NCBI GenBank assembly: GCA_973895155.1 | Contig: OZ316893.1 | Span: 18,790,857-18,854,856 of the forward strand | Source: Marsupella aquatica | Taxonomy: Eukaryota > Plantae > Marchantiophyta | DNA length: 64,000 bases | Direction of reading: 5' to 3' | Part shown: positions 23,397-35,700 of the stretch, piece after piece | How positions within the stretch are numbered: position 1 is the stretch's first letter | Layout of the letters: each line of letters starts with the position of its first letter | Translations under genes and position numbers: made by a program | Notes under the pieces: generated by a model | What the model was told of the DNA's origin: nothing | The model's database searches: none | What the model saw: only the letters and a program-made list of their open reading frames with translations

Positions 23397-24647
23397 TTTG
23401 TAATACCTAGTACCTAGTATTGTCTAATATTTACCATGGGTCATGAAGTATAGAATCCAATGGGTTTGATTAGTATGGACATTAGCCGTTGATTAATTTT
23501 GATGGTTGCACTTGTTTCTCTTACCATGCAGGTGATGATGATTCCCTCTTTGGAATTGAGTGGATGCAATACATAATAGGTGGACAAGATACAAGGACAG
23601 AGCACGCTGCTGCAGTAGCCAGAAATAGACAGGGGACATGAGACCATAAATTTATAGAGGCTTGGACTTGTCAGATATACACAATTAGTTTAGTGAAGTA
23701 CTTAGTCAATGCAGGACCATTTTTTCACAGTATATATACGGCAGCCATGTTGTTAATGGAAGCTTAGGTTTCCTTGCCATGAGACACATTCAAATTTGAA
23801 AATCAAAATATCTTTCATCGGACATGATTGAACAAGTGTATGTTAAAGTTTTTCTCTACTCACAATGGAATGAATGGTGTATGTTCAACTTCTTCTATAG
23901 TGAGTGGTAGGATGATTCTTTCTTTTGGGGCACCATTGCCTAAAGAAAAACTGCGTAATGTTGGACTAAAAGGTCAAGATAGAAACGCCTGAGTGGATAA
24001 TGTCATAACCTTGCATCAAATGAAGTGAACAATTTGTTAGACAGAATGGTTGCACCTGTTTGTTTGGAAACAGTTGCCTCAAGAACTAAGTATACAACCG
24101 GTGCCTCAAGAGTGACCAACTTAGTATGTACAACTCGGAACTCGTGCCAAGACTGGTGCCTCTAGAAGAACTAAGTATTCGTACAACAACCTACATAAGG
24201 TCACAACGCAAGCTTTGCAATGAGGTGTCAGTAATATTTTGGATTGTTGTCAACGCAAAGCTCACTCATTGTATCTTATTCACAAAAAATACGAGTGCAC
24301 TCAGACAATAAGTGTTTTGCATGCTTTGAACAGTCACTCAATTTATTTCTGCAAGACTTCTCCTTTGCAAGGTAAATCCTGTATCATAAGGTTACAATTT
24401 TGTACCATAAGGAACTCTTGGGGCTTGTAGCAAGATGACTTTGAAAATTGCCAAAATTAGCTGCGCAACTCTGTTCCTCTACATTTCCCAACACAACAAA
24501 ATCTGTGCTCCTTCTATAAGAAGCTCTCTATTTCTCCTGATGACGAAGTCCAACCACAATGTTCTCCAATTGATCTAACAGGACAGATCTACTTGGTATT
24601 GTCGATTTTTCTTCCAGGGTTGACCGCGACCTAGATAATCTCACAGA

Positions 24648-25142
24648 CTATGGTAAGGCCACCCAACTATGGGTAGAAATCCCAAGTACAGACACAATCT
24701 TCACCGACAGTACCCCGTCCTTCACATGCAGAACCACAGCGCATCTACGACATTGCAAGGCTACAGCTCGGATATAATCAAGTTGCTCCTGCTCAATGCA
24801 AGCTCTCAGCTCCGACGGTCCTACACCCAACCACATGGATGCACTGTCGCCAATTTGAGCTCGAATAGGCGTTGCCTGCCCAAACACCGCATCCACGATC
24901 ACAACTTCAAAATTGTATGCATCAACACCCTCCACCACGTGCCCACACACCTCACCTCCAAGCTCCTTTGATAGACCGCAACAGCCTCCATTTCCTAGCT
25001 GATGTGGGCATGATTTATAAGCAAAGCGCTGAGGATGGGGGAAGTTAAACTCAAAATTCACAACATGAACCACAACGTCATAAAATGAAGTAGTCTGCTC
25101 TGCTTCAATGGCCCTTTCCACTTCGCTCAAGGGAATCCCCAT
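24648..25142 (-). CDS. RPA70 C-terminal-like (Zn-ribbon OB-fold) ssDNA-binding protein, 164 aa
   Basis: F.YKSCP...C.......CGH....Y.F.V.I.D......IRA.IGDSA...LGV resembles Rep_fac-A_C. ATG at 25142 follows an acceptor at 25166-25167. Paralogue at 40309-40809. Confidence 0.6.
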   Translation of the reverse strand: MGIPLSEVERAIEAEQTTSFYDVVVHVVNFEFNFPHPQRFAYKSCPHQLGNGGCCGLSKELGGEVCGHVVEGVDAYNFEVVIVDAVFGQATPIRAQIGDSASMWLGVGPSELRACIEQEQLDYIRAVALQCRRCAVVLHVKDGVLSVKIVSVLGISTHSWVALP

Positions 25143-25269
25143 TCTGGTGCCAAGGTAGTTCAAACCTGCAAAACTGCAAGCAATGACATTTAAATCAGGA
25201 TTTTGATACCTCGTCTCATACCATATTCTGTAGGGGGTCATACAAACATCTTACGCCTTACAGGAATTC

Positions 25270-25880
25270 AATGTAGTTCATCAGAGTATTACAATAATAA
25301 CCAGAGGTATGTATTGAGCTAGTACTCAGAGACATTGGACTAATTTCCAGAGGTACCAGGCTAATACTCCAAGGCATTAGGCAAATGCTCAAGGTATGGC
25401 ACTAGCTAATACTCAGATAATAATATAATACACAAAGGTATGGCACTAATACACAATGGTAGTATACTAATACAAAGAGGTGTGGCACTAATACTCACGG
25501 TACTAGAGTAATACCCTGAGGTATTATGGTAATACCATGAGGTATTGCGGTAATACCCGGAGGTATTTATGGTACTACCAGAAGGTATTATGGTACTACC
25601 CGGAGGTATTATGGTACTACCCGGAGGTACTTGACTAATACCCGAAGGTACTCTACTTATACCCGGATGTATTTGACTAATACCTTGAGGTATTGGAGTA
25701 ATACCTGGAGGTATTTGACTAATACTCGGAGGTATTGGAGTAATACCTGGAGGTATTTGACTAATACCTGGGGATGTACTAGTATAATACCCGCAGGTAT
25801 ATATATAATACCTTAGAAGTATTATAGTACTAATCAAACAGAGGTGTGGGACCAATACGCAGAGGTATTGCATTAATACC
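25270..25880. repeat. About 21-bp period array of palindromic AATACC-N4-GGTATT units
   Basis: For example ctaataccttgaggtattggagtaatacctggaggtatttgactaatactcggaggtattgg. Confidence 0.9.
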
Positions 25881-26010
25881 CTTGAAGGGTGTTGAAATTA
25901 AGTCAAGACAATGTAGTAATGCAGCAGCAAATGAGTATAGAAATTTACCATTGCCTCGAATCATTGACATAGAGACTTATTTCTGTCCTATTAAAGTTCA
26001 CCCGCCTCAC

Positions 26011-28596
26011 CTATTTCTGCTTCCTAGTAGCACCACGAGTCCCTCTTCCTCGTCCTCTTCCTGGTTTAACATTTGCAACAGACTTTAAGACAACACTATC
26101 ACCCACTTGAGAGCCAGCCCCGGAGCCAGCATTCAGTCCCAATCCTGGACTGATAGCACCATCACCCTGCAGTGATTCCTGAGCTGTAACTTTAGATGAG
26201 GCTGTGCCAATCTCCCCTGCCTTTCGCTTCCTTGTACACAGACCCTTACCCGTCTCAAAGCCAGGCTCAAAGTCCCCACTGACATCCACAACAGAAGGGG
26301 AATTCCCCGTAATCTGAGTTACCGAACCGGGTTCTAGAGACTTGGCACCCTTCTCAACCTTCACAATGGACAGGTCAATGGATGGATCATTCAATTCTCC
26401 CTTGGAATTCTGGACAGAAGTCTGCTCTCGAATGTCAGTACTAGTTGAGGACTTTTTGTGGGCTTTAGAATTTCTGAAGAGTTCATTATGCACATGCATA
26501 GCTTTACCAACAGCTTCGTGATATTCTATTAACTTCTTCACACTTTCCTGCAAGGCAAATCCATATCCCAAAATCAGCAAATAAATTGACTACTACCAAT
26601 GCACAACAATTTAAGTGACCAGGTTTAGTGTTGTACCTTTGAATAGAACTTGGTCACTTTCTTGTGCTTCACGGCTTGCTTCTCTCTCCTTGCCTTTAGA
26701 CTCAAAGCCTTGTTACAATACATATCACTCATGCTCTTCCGAAAAGAGATGGATTGCTCTTTCAAACCCAAATCATCTACTAACTTCACTATATCTGGAT
26801 GGTCCACCTGAGATGAACCCCATCACTCTAGCCAGGATGGATGAAAGAGTTCAGCACAAGCTAAACACTTTGGGGATTTACTCTCACCATTTCAAAGCAA
26901 GGGGAACAAACAACTTGGATGATAGCAATGTCCACAAGGTGTGGGAATCCAATTGCTACAAAAGAAGCCAAGACTGCAAACAGGGCATTCAGAAATGGGG
27001 AAAAAAGTTTCCTCTATCTGTGCAGGACAAAGGATACTAACAGGGCATACATAAACTGCATCACATGCACTCAAGTGCTCCTTAAGTCTACTGCATTCTA
27101 CACTAAGCGCATCATAGGACTCTGTCAGTCTTTTGGCTGTTTGTTCTAGCTTGTGCGAGGTTTGTTTACGATACACCTCATCATCGTCCAGCTGATTCAA
27201 CTCAGTCATCTTAACCTGGGCAAGTGAAATTAAATCATTGCGCTTTAGCTTTTCAGAAGCCAAACTGTTTTGCAACATATTTGTTTTGTTGCAACACTCC
27301 AGAAACTTGTCTTGCAATCTCTCACAAAGTGCCTGCACATGTCCCAACCAGCACAATGGGCTTTAGTGTGATAGATTATTATCAAGCAAGTTAAAAAAAC
27401 ATTCAGCAAAAATGACATGATCAAAAATGTATTAATGTAGATTTCGGAAACAAAGTCAATCACATGTTTACCTCATCTTCAGAATGCTCTTCGTCTGGCT
27501 CTTGCAACAATTGCAAATCCTCAGATATTTGAGCCTGCTCTGTGACCTGAGCTTGAATGTCCCTCTGTAGGTTGTGAATGGCAGCGCTCTGTTCATCCTT
27601 CAACACTTTCAAATTTGACAAAACCTTTTCAATTGCATTGATTGTAGCAGTAGCTTCATTCTGCTTTGTTGTGAATTGAATGGCATCCTCAGTAACCTTC
27701 TCCATTTTAGGGCCAAGCTCTGCAAGACTGGCCTCCACTATCTCCAACATGGATTCGAGAAGCGCATGCTTCTGATTTGCAACTGGTGTGCCAGTACTGA
27801 TTTTCGGAAAAGCTTTCAAACTATTTTGTGGGGACAGTTTGCCTAGCTGAGAAAGGGACTGGCCTTGCTCTTGCTCAATATCCCCTCTCGCCTCTACTTG
27901 TAAGACTGTAATTGGCGATACAACATCTTGCTGTGGCTGGTTCACGTTCTGACTATATGAATCAGGACCTAGGGGTTCAGGATTGGATGACTCAAACTCT
28001 GAGTTTGACGGTTTATTCTCCAAGTTTAGAGGTGCTAGACCAGGTTGTGCGCCACTCACAACAGATGCTATTTCATTGAAGAGGTCTAGAGGAGGGATAT
28101 ACTTTGTGTCGACCCTCTTCCAGGGTGGCGAGTTTCTATCAATGGGAGCCTTTCGCACAAACCTCAACCGAAGTTGCCCTCTGTGCTTGTCTGCAGCACA
28201 AGCTGCCCAATTCACAGGTCTTCTCAATATGCGCTCATAATACAGACCATTGGCAACCTCCAAAGTGTATGGCTGGAACTTCCCGATTCCATCCAGTGCA
28301 CAGGTAAGCATGGCAATGTCGTCTGCAGGAATCCCCTTAATGCCCTCCTTGTAGCCATTCTTCCCAGACTTGCTCCCAAAATACTCCTCCAACACCTCAG
28401 CGGATACATCGTCAGTTGTGAGTTCCTTGGGAATCCTTCCCACATTGGGCAAGCCAATGACGTTGTGGAAATGATCGACGTCCTTTGCGAACTCATCAAC
28501 TGTCCAGTCTTCTGGTGAGAGAACCTTCACAAGACTCTTACCTGATTTAGGTGGTAACTTGTGACTCACGGACTTCCCAGATTTTTCAGAAGACAT
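26011..28596 (-). pseudogene. Multi-exon cargo gene: conserved N-terminal domain, coiled coil, RING-H2 finger, basic RG-rich tail; nonsense codons in the RING exon
   Basis: ORFs 27460-28596, 26892-27356, 26625-26807 and 26011-26580 with GT/AG junctions. CPVC...PCGHCYHPSC...*...KCLAC. Paralogue at 42539-44664. Confidence 0.7.
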
Positions 28597-29855
28597 ACCT
28601 GAGCAGCTTGAGTCTCGGCTTGAGTTCTCCTAGCTGGCAGCTCCAAGGATCCAACAAACTACTTAGGTGCAAGCGCGTACATACTGTGCGACTCCGAGTC
28701 CCTTGAACCTCCTTCTGCCTAACGAAACAAGAAGTTAGAATTATTTTGTTGAATCATTTGAATGAACAAACGTCATTACTAAGTGGCCAATTGTTATGAA
28801 GAGATACTCAATTTCAAGTGACCACAAATATCTAATAAGGAATCTGACCAATGTGCGCAAGCTCTGCAATCGAGTGACAAGCTTGAGAAATCTTTAAACA
28901 ATGAACATGACGCTCTATGAAGCGACAATCTTGACTCTAAACTGTAGTTGACGGGATTTAACATTCAATGTTCAAGAATATTGTATGCTAGCTAAGTGAT
29001 AGCAATCGGGGTCCAACTGCCCTAGCCGCCCAGGTTCACCTTAGTCGCAAGCTGCGCCACTCCAAGTCGCTCCCTCTCTCATCCTAAAGATGCAAACATC
29101 AAAGTTGAAAGGTGCATGTTGAAGTTGAACGTCTACCGAAGTTGAAGTACTTTGGGACGTGACTTTCTAACCTCAAAACCAATCAAAATGACATTCAATC
29201 AACAAACATTTGACAAGGAAAAAAGCTATAGAACACTGACCGAGGAAGGCGACTGTCACCACAAACATGCTCTGCAATCCAATGTCAAGCAGTCTTCCTC
29301 CAATCGACGCGACGCCGAGCTTGCAAGAAATGATCTCCACCTTGTGGTCTACATGCTCCAGTCCGCAACAATTCTGCAACTGAGCACATTGAAAAGACTC
29401 GATTCCACAAAGAAAAGTGCATCCACAGACGAACGCCAATGTTATGTGTGATTGCCCCGCTAAGCTACGGGCAGGATTGCTGTTCCTTACGGGAACGGTT
29501 GAGATCAACATTCTTTAAGGATTTGAAAACCATAGAGCGGGCCACAGAGTCAAGGCGACGAGTGCCCCCGCAAAGCGATGGTCGAGATCTCTACTCGTTA
29601 AGGGAACGGTTAAGATTCTACTATGCTAAACTGGTACATCCAATTTCAAATCACAAAGTAAAATGTGAAAACAAGTAGAGTACCTCACGGATTTTTGCTC
29701 TCAACCTCCATCCACGTCACTATACTTGCAACAAACTTGCAACTAACTATCCCCTCATCATGATTGGTTTAGAGGTATTGAGTAGTACTACCGTAGTGGT
29801 ACTAAAAGTGGTATTATTTTGCTCATATTTGCCCCCCTCTAGCTTGCTTTGAGCC

Positions 29856-31426
29856 AGAAGGTATACAGTACTGTGGAGGCTTTCATTAAGCATGATTTCT
29901 ATGCAAGATGGCAAGGAGAACAATATCAGAATTGTTTGAAGACATTTCAGAAGGGTACAGTCGTTTCCTCAATAGATTTTGCCGAGAATTACACTTTTGC
30001 AGTACAAGATGAGGTCCAGAGTTTTCACTGGGATAATCATCAGATTACAATACTTGTGTTGATCACATACCGTCATCAGCATGATAAGGAGGAGGATGAC
30101 CCCATTGTGTATGACTCCCATGGTAAACGAATTACCAGGTTCATTGAAGCTGATTACCACTTTTTCATTTTCGACGACAATAGTCATGACACCTTTTTTG
30201 TCCAACATTGCTTGGACTTTCATTGGGGCTGGATGCAAGAGTAGGGTTTCCTTGTCAACAACCGTATCATGTGGTCTGATGGGTGTGCAGCCCAATTCAA
30301 GGCTTGTCAACCGTTCTCATATGTAGCCAAGTACTACAATGAATACGGAGCAAGGATGATGTGGTGTTTTCATGCCTCAGGGCATGGGAAAGGAGTACAG
30401 GTATATGTTGCATTCTTTGACTACAGTTTTGAGCCGTGTTTTATGCATGCATGCACTCTACTATGCTTGCAATCATTTTCAATTATATTGTACATGCATT
30501 TTACTTTTCTCTAGTGTGCATAATATCTTACTATGATTGTTTGTACTGTCATATGTACTTATTTCATTCCACAGGATGGTCTTGGAGGTGGACTGAAGAG
30601 TGCCCTTCGAAAGGAGCAATTACGAACAAAAGGAGGGCATCCAATGGAGGGTGCAAAGGATGTTGTGGCATTCTTGAAAGAACGCTTTTGCCTGGGGAAG
30701 GAAAGGGAGTATGATAAGAAACAAGGAGTTCGACGTTTCTTTTGGGAGATAGGAGTGCAAGAAGTTCAGAGAATTCAGGCAAATGAATGCTTGCCTATCA
30801 AGGGTATTAGGTAGATGCACTATTTTCTGGGGTACAGCAAGAAGAATCCGATGATGTTGAAATGTCGTGAGCTGGCATGTTTTTGTGAGGATTGTGTGGT
30901 TGATGCATAGAATCATAGCAATTGCGAGAATCAAGCATGGGTCAACCCATGGGATGTTGACCATGTGTTTCCACTGCAGCCAATTGAGATTGCTAGTATT
31001 ATTCAAGACATGCATGATGGCCTAGATGCTAACAATTGTGACTATGAAAATTACCTTGGAGATCTGGTTGACGTTGGTGACTACTTTTCTGTTCTGGCTA
31101 AGGAAGGGAACATTTGGCATGCAGAATTTTATATTTTGCTGTGCATAAAGTTGGCTACTATTGTTGAAGCAGACTTCACTGATGATTACGGTGCAAAGTT
31201 CTTGATTGGTGATAGAGTGTTGGCTGGCACGTGGTATCAACAGTATGGTAGGTTATCGGATTATTGCTTTGTTAGATATGAGAAGGCTAGCTTGAGTTAT
31301 GTGGATGTGTCCTCTGTGGTACACATCAAATTTGGCCTTGTACCAACAAAGGTTGTGAGCGGCTCACCAGGATTCAAACTTTCACCAAGCACCCTAGATG
31401 CAATTTTGTGTTCAACAGAAAGGTAG
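29856..31426 (+). pseudogene. Sola2-like DDD transposase, 5' part missing (interrupted), with nonsense codons
   Basis: FIKHDFYARWQ, IDFAENY...QDEVQSFHW...QITI, DDNSHD, WSDGCAAQFK, ASGHGKGVQ|DGLGG (intron 30401-30574), C-terminal ACFCEDC...C. TAG stops at about 30242, 30812 and 30908. Confidence 0.75.
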
Positions 31427-31709
31427 TCATTCTGAATGATGTATGATTTCAATTTTCATTGTATGATTTCAATTCTGAAGGGTTTCTAATATGTACAGTT
31501 TAATACTAGTTTAGTAATTGGTCCTTTGAGTTGAAGTACAGTTCAGACCAGTTTAGCATCTAATGCGAGTGCATTTGTTGAGTTCAGGGAAAATCCTTCA
31601 GTGAGTACAATGAATTTGTATGGGTAAGATCACCCGCAATTCTCAAGGACAGGTAAACACACAAGATTCATAGTTTGACCTCATTATATAATACTTGGTT
31701 TCTTTGTCA

Positions 31710-32160
31710 TTAATACTATTTGCGTCTTACCCAATACCTAGTCTGTAGTACTTAATACTTCTATAGTACTCAATACCCAATACCTACTTCAATTCATAAT
31801 ACTTAATAATACTTTAATTAGAGTATTTGCCAATACCACTCAAGAATGCATAATACCACTTAAGTAGTACCCTAATACCAATTTGTAATACTAATACTCT
31901 ATAGTACCTAGGTGTACTAAAACAATACTCGCTAATACTTTCAATACCTATTCAGTAATACTGAATACTCAATAATACTTTCAATACCTAATACTACATA
32001 ATACCATGTAATACCATAAATACCTAATACCATAAATACCCAATACTATGCAATATTGTATAGTACTACTAATACCAAACACTCTATAATACGTACTAAT
32101 ACTTCCAAGTACCTAGCATTTGGGTAATACTAATACTTTGTAATACCGAGTACCTAGTAT
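31710..32160 (+). repeat. Unidirectional low-complexity array of TAATAC(C/T) motifs
   Basis: Dozens of taatac(c/t) copies at about 10-13 bp spacing. Confidence 0.85.
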
Positions 32161-32784
32161 TGTGTAATGTTTACCAGGATTGGGTTATGAAGTATAGAAT
32201 CCAGTGTGATTGATACAATATATATGGGCATTAGCTGTTGATAAAATTTTGATGGATGGTTGCACTTGTTTCTCTTACCATGCAGGTGATGAGTCCCTAG
32301 CTCTTTGTAATTTTGCTTGGATGCAAGATACAAGGATAGAGTTGTTGTAGTAGCCAAAAATAGACTAGGGAAGTTCACAAGACCAAAGTTGAAGCTCGGC
32401 TTAGATTTCACAGTTAGTTTAGTGAGATACGTAGTCAATGTAGTGAACCACTGTCTCAGTACAAGCATGTTGTCAATGGAAGCTTACGTTTCCTTGCCTT
32501 GAAAAATTCAAAAACGCATTGAAATTGAAACACGTTGAATCTTGTGTAATATCAAAATATCGATGGAATGAGTGTATGTTAAAGTTATTCTCTAGTCACG
32601 ATCAATGGAATTAATGAGTGTGTCCAACTTCTTGTATGGTCAGTGGTAGAATGATTCATCCTTGCATGGGATGAAGTGAAGGATATGTCCATTCATGGAC
32701 CCATATTGTTGTTTGTATAGCTCATGCTGTCTTTTGAGATCTGCCTTGGTCTGATTTCTTTATTTCAATCATCAAAAGAGGAGC

Positions 32785-35700
32785 TATGATAGGATAATGA
32801 ATAGTAACTATCAATAGAATGAGTAGGGTCATGGTACATATAGGTGTGTTGGGTGACCAGTTGGTCCGGTCAATGGGTAGAGTCTAACATTTCCCCTTGT
32901 CTATATAGTGACAACTATGTAGACAATATAGACTGGACCTATCATACCATTTTAATAGAGTATACATGATATGAGTACAAGTGAGGTAGACTGTCTCGTT
33001 AAAAAACCTTTATCAACTCTAGTTAAATAAAAACTCTACCGGTGTAGCAGAGAAAAAGTTTGAGTGCTAAAGGAAAAAGAGTGCAGCCTAACAGTCCTCG
33101 TCGTAATAAGTATCAATATTATATAAAGTCAGATGCTATAGTAAATCTAGTTTCAACATCTGTCTCAACAATAAGTCGTCAGTATCATCAGTCATGGTGT
33201 AGCAGCATCTCCATGGTCATCATGCATCGTACGCTCCGTAGTCCAATCGCCTGGCAGTGCCGGTGATGAATGGCCGGCAATAGTGATTTGGTGAAGAGAT
33301 CCACATAGTTGTCTGCACTTGAAATCTGTAAAATGTTGATCTCTGTTCCATGTAACTCATGGGCGTAGAAGAACTTCGGAGCTATGTGCTTCACTTGATC
33401 GCCTTTGATGAATCCTTTCGTGATCTGCTGTATACATGCTGCGTTATCCTCAAAGATATTAGTAGACTTCGTTAGTGTTGGTAGGCCGTATTTAGTATTG
33501 ATGTGATTTATAAAAGATCATAACCAAACGGCTTTGTGACTAGCCTCATGTAGAGCTAAAATCTCTGAGTGATTCGATGAGGTTGCTATTACGGTCGGTT
33601 TCACGCTTTTCCAAGAAAAAGTGGTACCCCCTATAATAAAAACATATCCGGTTTGGGATTTTGCGGTGTTAGTGTCGGAAAGATATCTGACATCCGCATA
33701 TCCTATGAGTTCATGGTTTGCACCGAATGGGTAAAATAACCCGGTATCAGTGGTGCCACGCAGGTACCTAAATACGTGCTTAACTTCGTTCCAGTGTCTG
33801 TCTGTGGGAGTTGCACTGTGCCTAGCTAGTAAGTTAACTACAAATGCAATGTCTAGTCGGGTCTGATTTGCTAAATACATTAATGCTCCTATCGCGGAAA
33901 GATATGGAGTTTTCGGTCCTAATAGTGGTTTGTGTTCTTCGCGCTTGCAAAAAACATCAGTAGTGTTTTCTAATGAACGTACCACCATTGGAGACGTTAA
34001 TGTGTGTGCTAAGTTTATATTGAACTGTTTTAGGATCTTTTTAGTTTGTGTTGTCTGATGGAGCATCATGCCAGTAGGCAAGGTCTCCAGTTGTAAACCT
34101 AAACAAAAGTTTGTATGGCCAAGGTCTTTCATCTAAAATGTTGTTTTGAGACGGGTAACAGTATCTTCTGTAATTTGGGGTGTCCCAAATATGTTTAAGT
34201 CGTTGACATAAATAGAGACGATGACATATTTATCATCCATATGTTTAATAAATAAACATGGAGTAATTACATCATGGGAAAAACCCATGGAAATCATCTC
34301 ATTAGTGAATCTTTGATGCCATACTCTGCCACTTTGTTTCAGGCCATATAATGCCTTCAACACGCGGATAGCTAGTCCGCGGTGAGTATGCCGTATGGCT
34401 AACATAGGGGTGTCATTTTGATGAGTTACATGTGTAGATAACATATGAGGTGTACTCGATGTGTTTGGTTGATAATCTTATGTAAATATGGAATATACAA
34501 TGTAGTGCCTTGAGCTAAAGCTCGACGACATTCCTCCAACTCGGGAGGTAATTGCATGTATAGACAAGTGTCTAAAGTTCCATATAGATATGCGGTCACG
34601 ACATCCAGTTGTCGCATCTTAAGTTTATGGAAAATGGAAAATCCGATAAGGTATTGAAATGTTGTGTTGTCCATAACCGGTGAGTAAGTTTCATCATAAT
34701 GGATTCCCGGTTGTTGGGTGAATCCTTTCCCTACCAGACGTGCTTTGTAGCATACAACCTGACCTTTATCATTTCTTTTGCGGACGAAGGTCCACTTGTA
34801 GCCAATGAGGTGTACATCTCTCGGTGTTGGCTCAACTGGGCCAAAAGTGTGTCTACTTAGTAGAGAATCTAATTCGCCATTGATAGTTTTTTGCCATTCA
34901 GGCCAATCTGGTTTGTTTTGGCATTCTAATATGGAAATTGGTTCAGGTGTATCGTCATTGATATGTGTTGCCACCATTAATGCAAAAGCATCATCTATTG
35001 AAGTAGTAGTTCTATCCCACATCGCACCGGTGTGTGCGTAGTGGATAGAGATCTCTTCATGAGTTGTGGAGTCAGTATGATCTACGTAAGGTGAAGGAGG
35101 GATAGATGAACCACGCCTTCTTGGTTGTTTATCTTTTGATCCCAAGGGTCTGCCACGTTTGGCACGAGGTTGGGATGTACTTGCTGGCTCTCTTGATAAT
35201 TCAATGCGAGCGGATGCTCTCGCAGCTGGAATATGTGAGCGGGTAACTTGTGATGTATCGACAAAAGCGTCAGGAAATTCTTCCACAATCTTGTGAAGTT
35301 GAAAAATTTGCCAAACTTCTTTCTCCCCCTGATTTGTTCTAAGGTCTTGCCAAAATGGTGAATGTCTCTCCCACTCCAAAGGTGGTAGTGGGTGTTCAGG
35401 GGTTATTAATGGTGGATAAATATGCTCATCAAAATGACAATCTAAAAATCTGGCTTTAAAAATGTTGCCTGTTGTAGGCTCCATATATCTGATTATGGAC
35501 GATGAGTTGAATCCGATGTATATCCCCAACTGTCGTTGGGGTCCCATCTTGGTTTGTTTGGGTGGAGTAATGGGGACCATTACTTGACATCCAAATGAAC
35601 GAAGGTGGGATAGATCGGGTTTGATACCGTTAGCAATTTGGTATGGGCTATAAGTATTAAAAGTTGATGGGCGGTATTGAATTAATGCGTTAGCCTGTAA

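Larger units (their letters stand above)
23397..29855. mobile_element. Large Sola2-like DNA transposon, copy 1 (right half), inserted in the transposase of copy 2
   Basis: Colinear with 32137-45637 (same genes, arrays and terminal sequence ggtattattttgctca-n-att-n-ccccct-n-tagctygctttkagcc). Its end abuts a 5'-truncated transposase. Confidence 0.65.

Noticed and set aside
25406-25873. 155-aa ORF with PPGISQI repeats
   Set aside because: It is a translation of the 21-bp array, and no equivalent ORF is listed over the copy 2 array.
25270-25880. CRISPR-like appearance of the palindromic repeat array
   Set aside because: Units are contiguous 21-mers without unique 30-40 bp spacers; no cas genes; eukaryotic context.
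23397-29855. Helitron interpretation because of the RPA-like gene
   Set aside because: No Rep/helicase motifs in the window, no terminal hairpin plus CTRR at the shared end, and homology continues past the CTAG.
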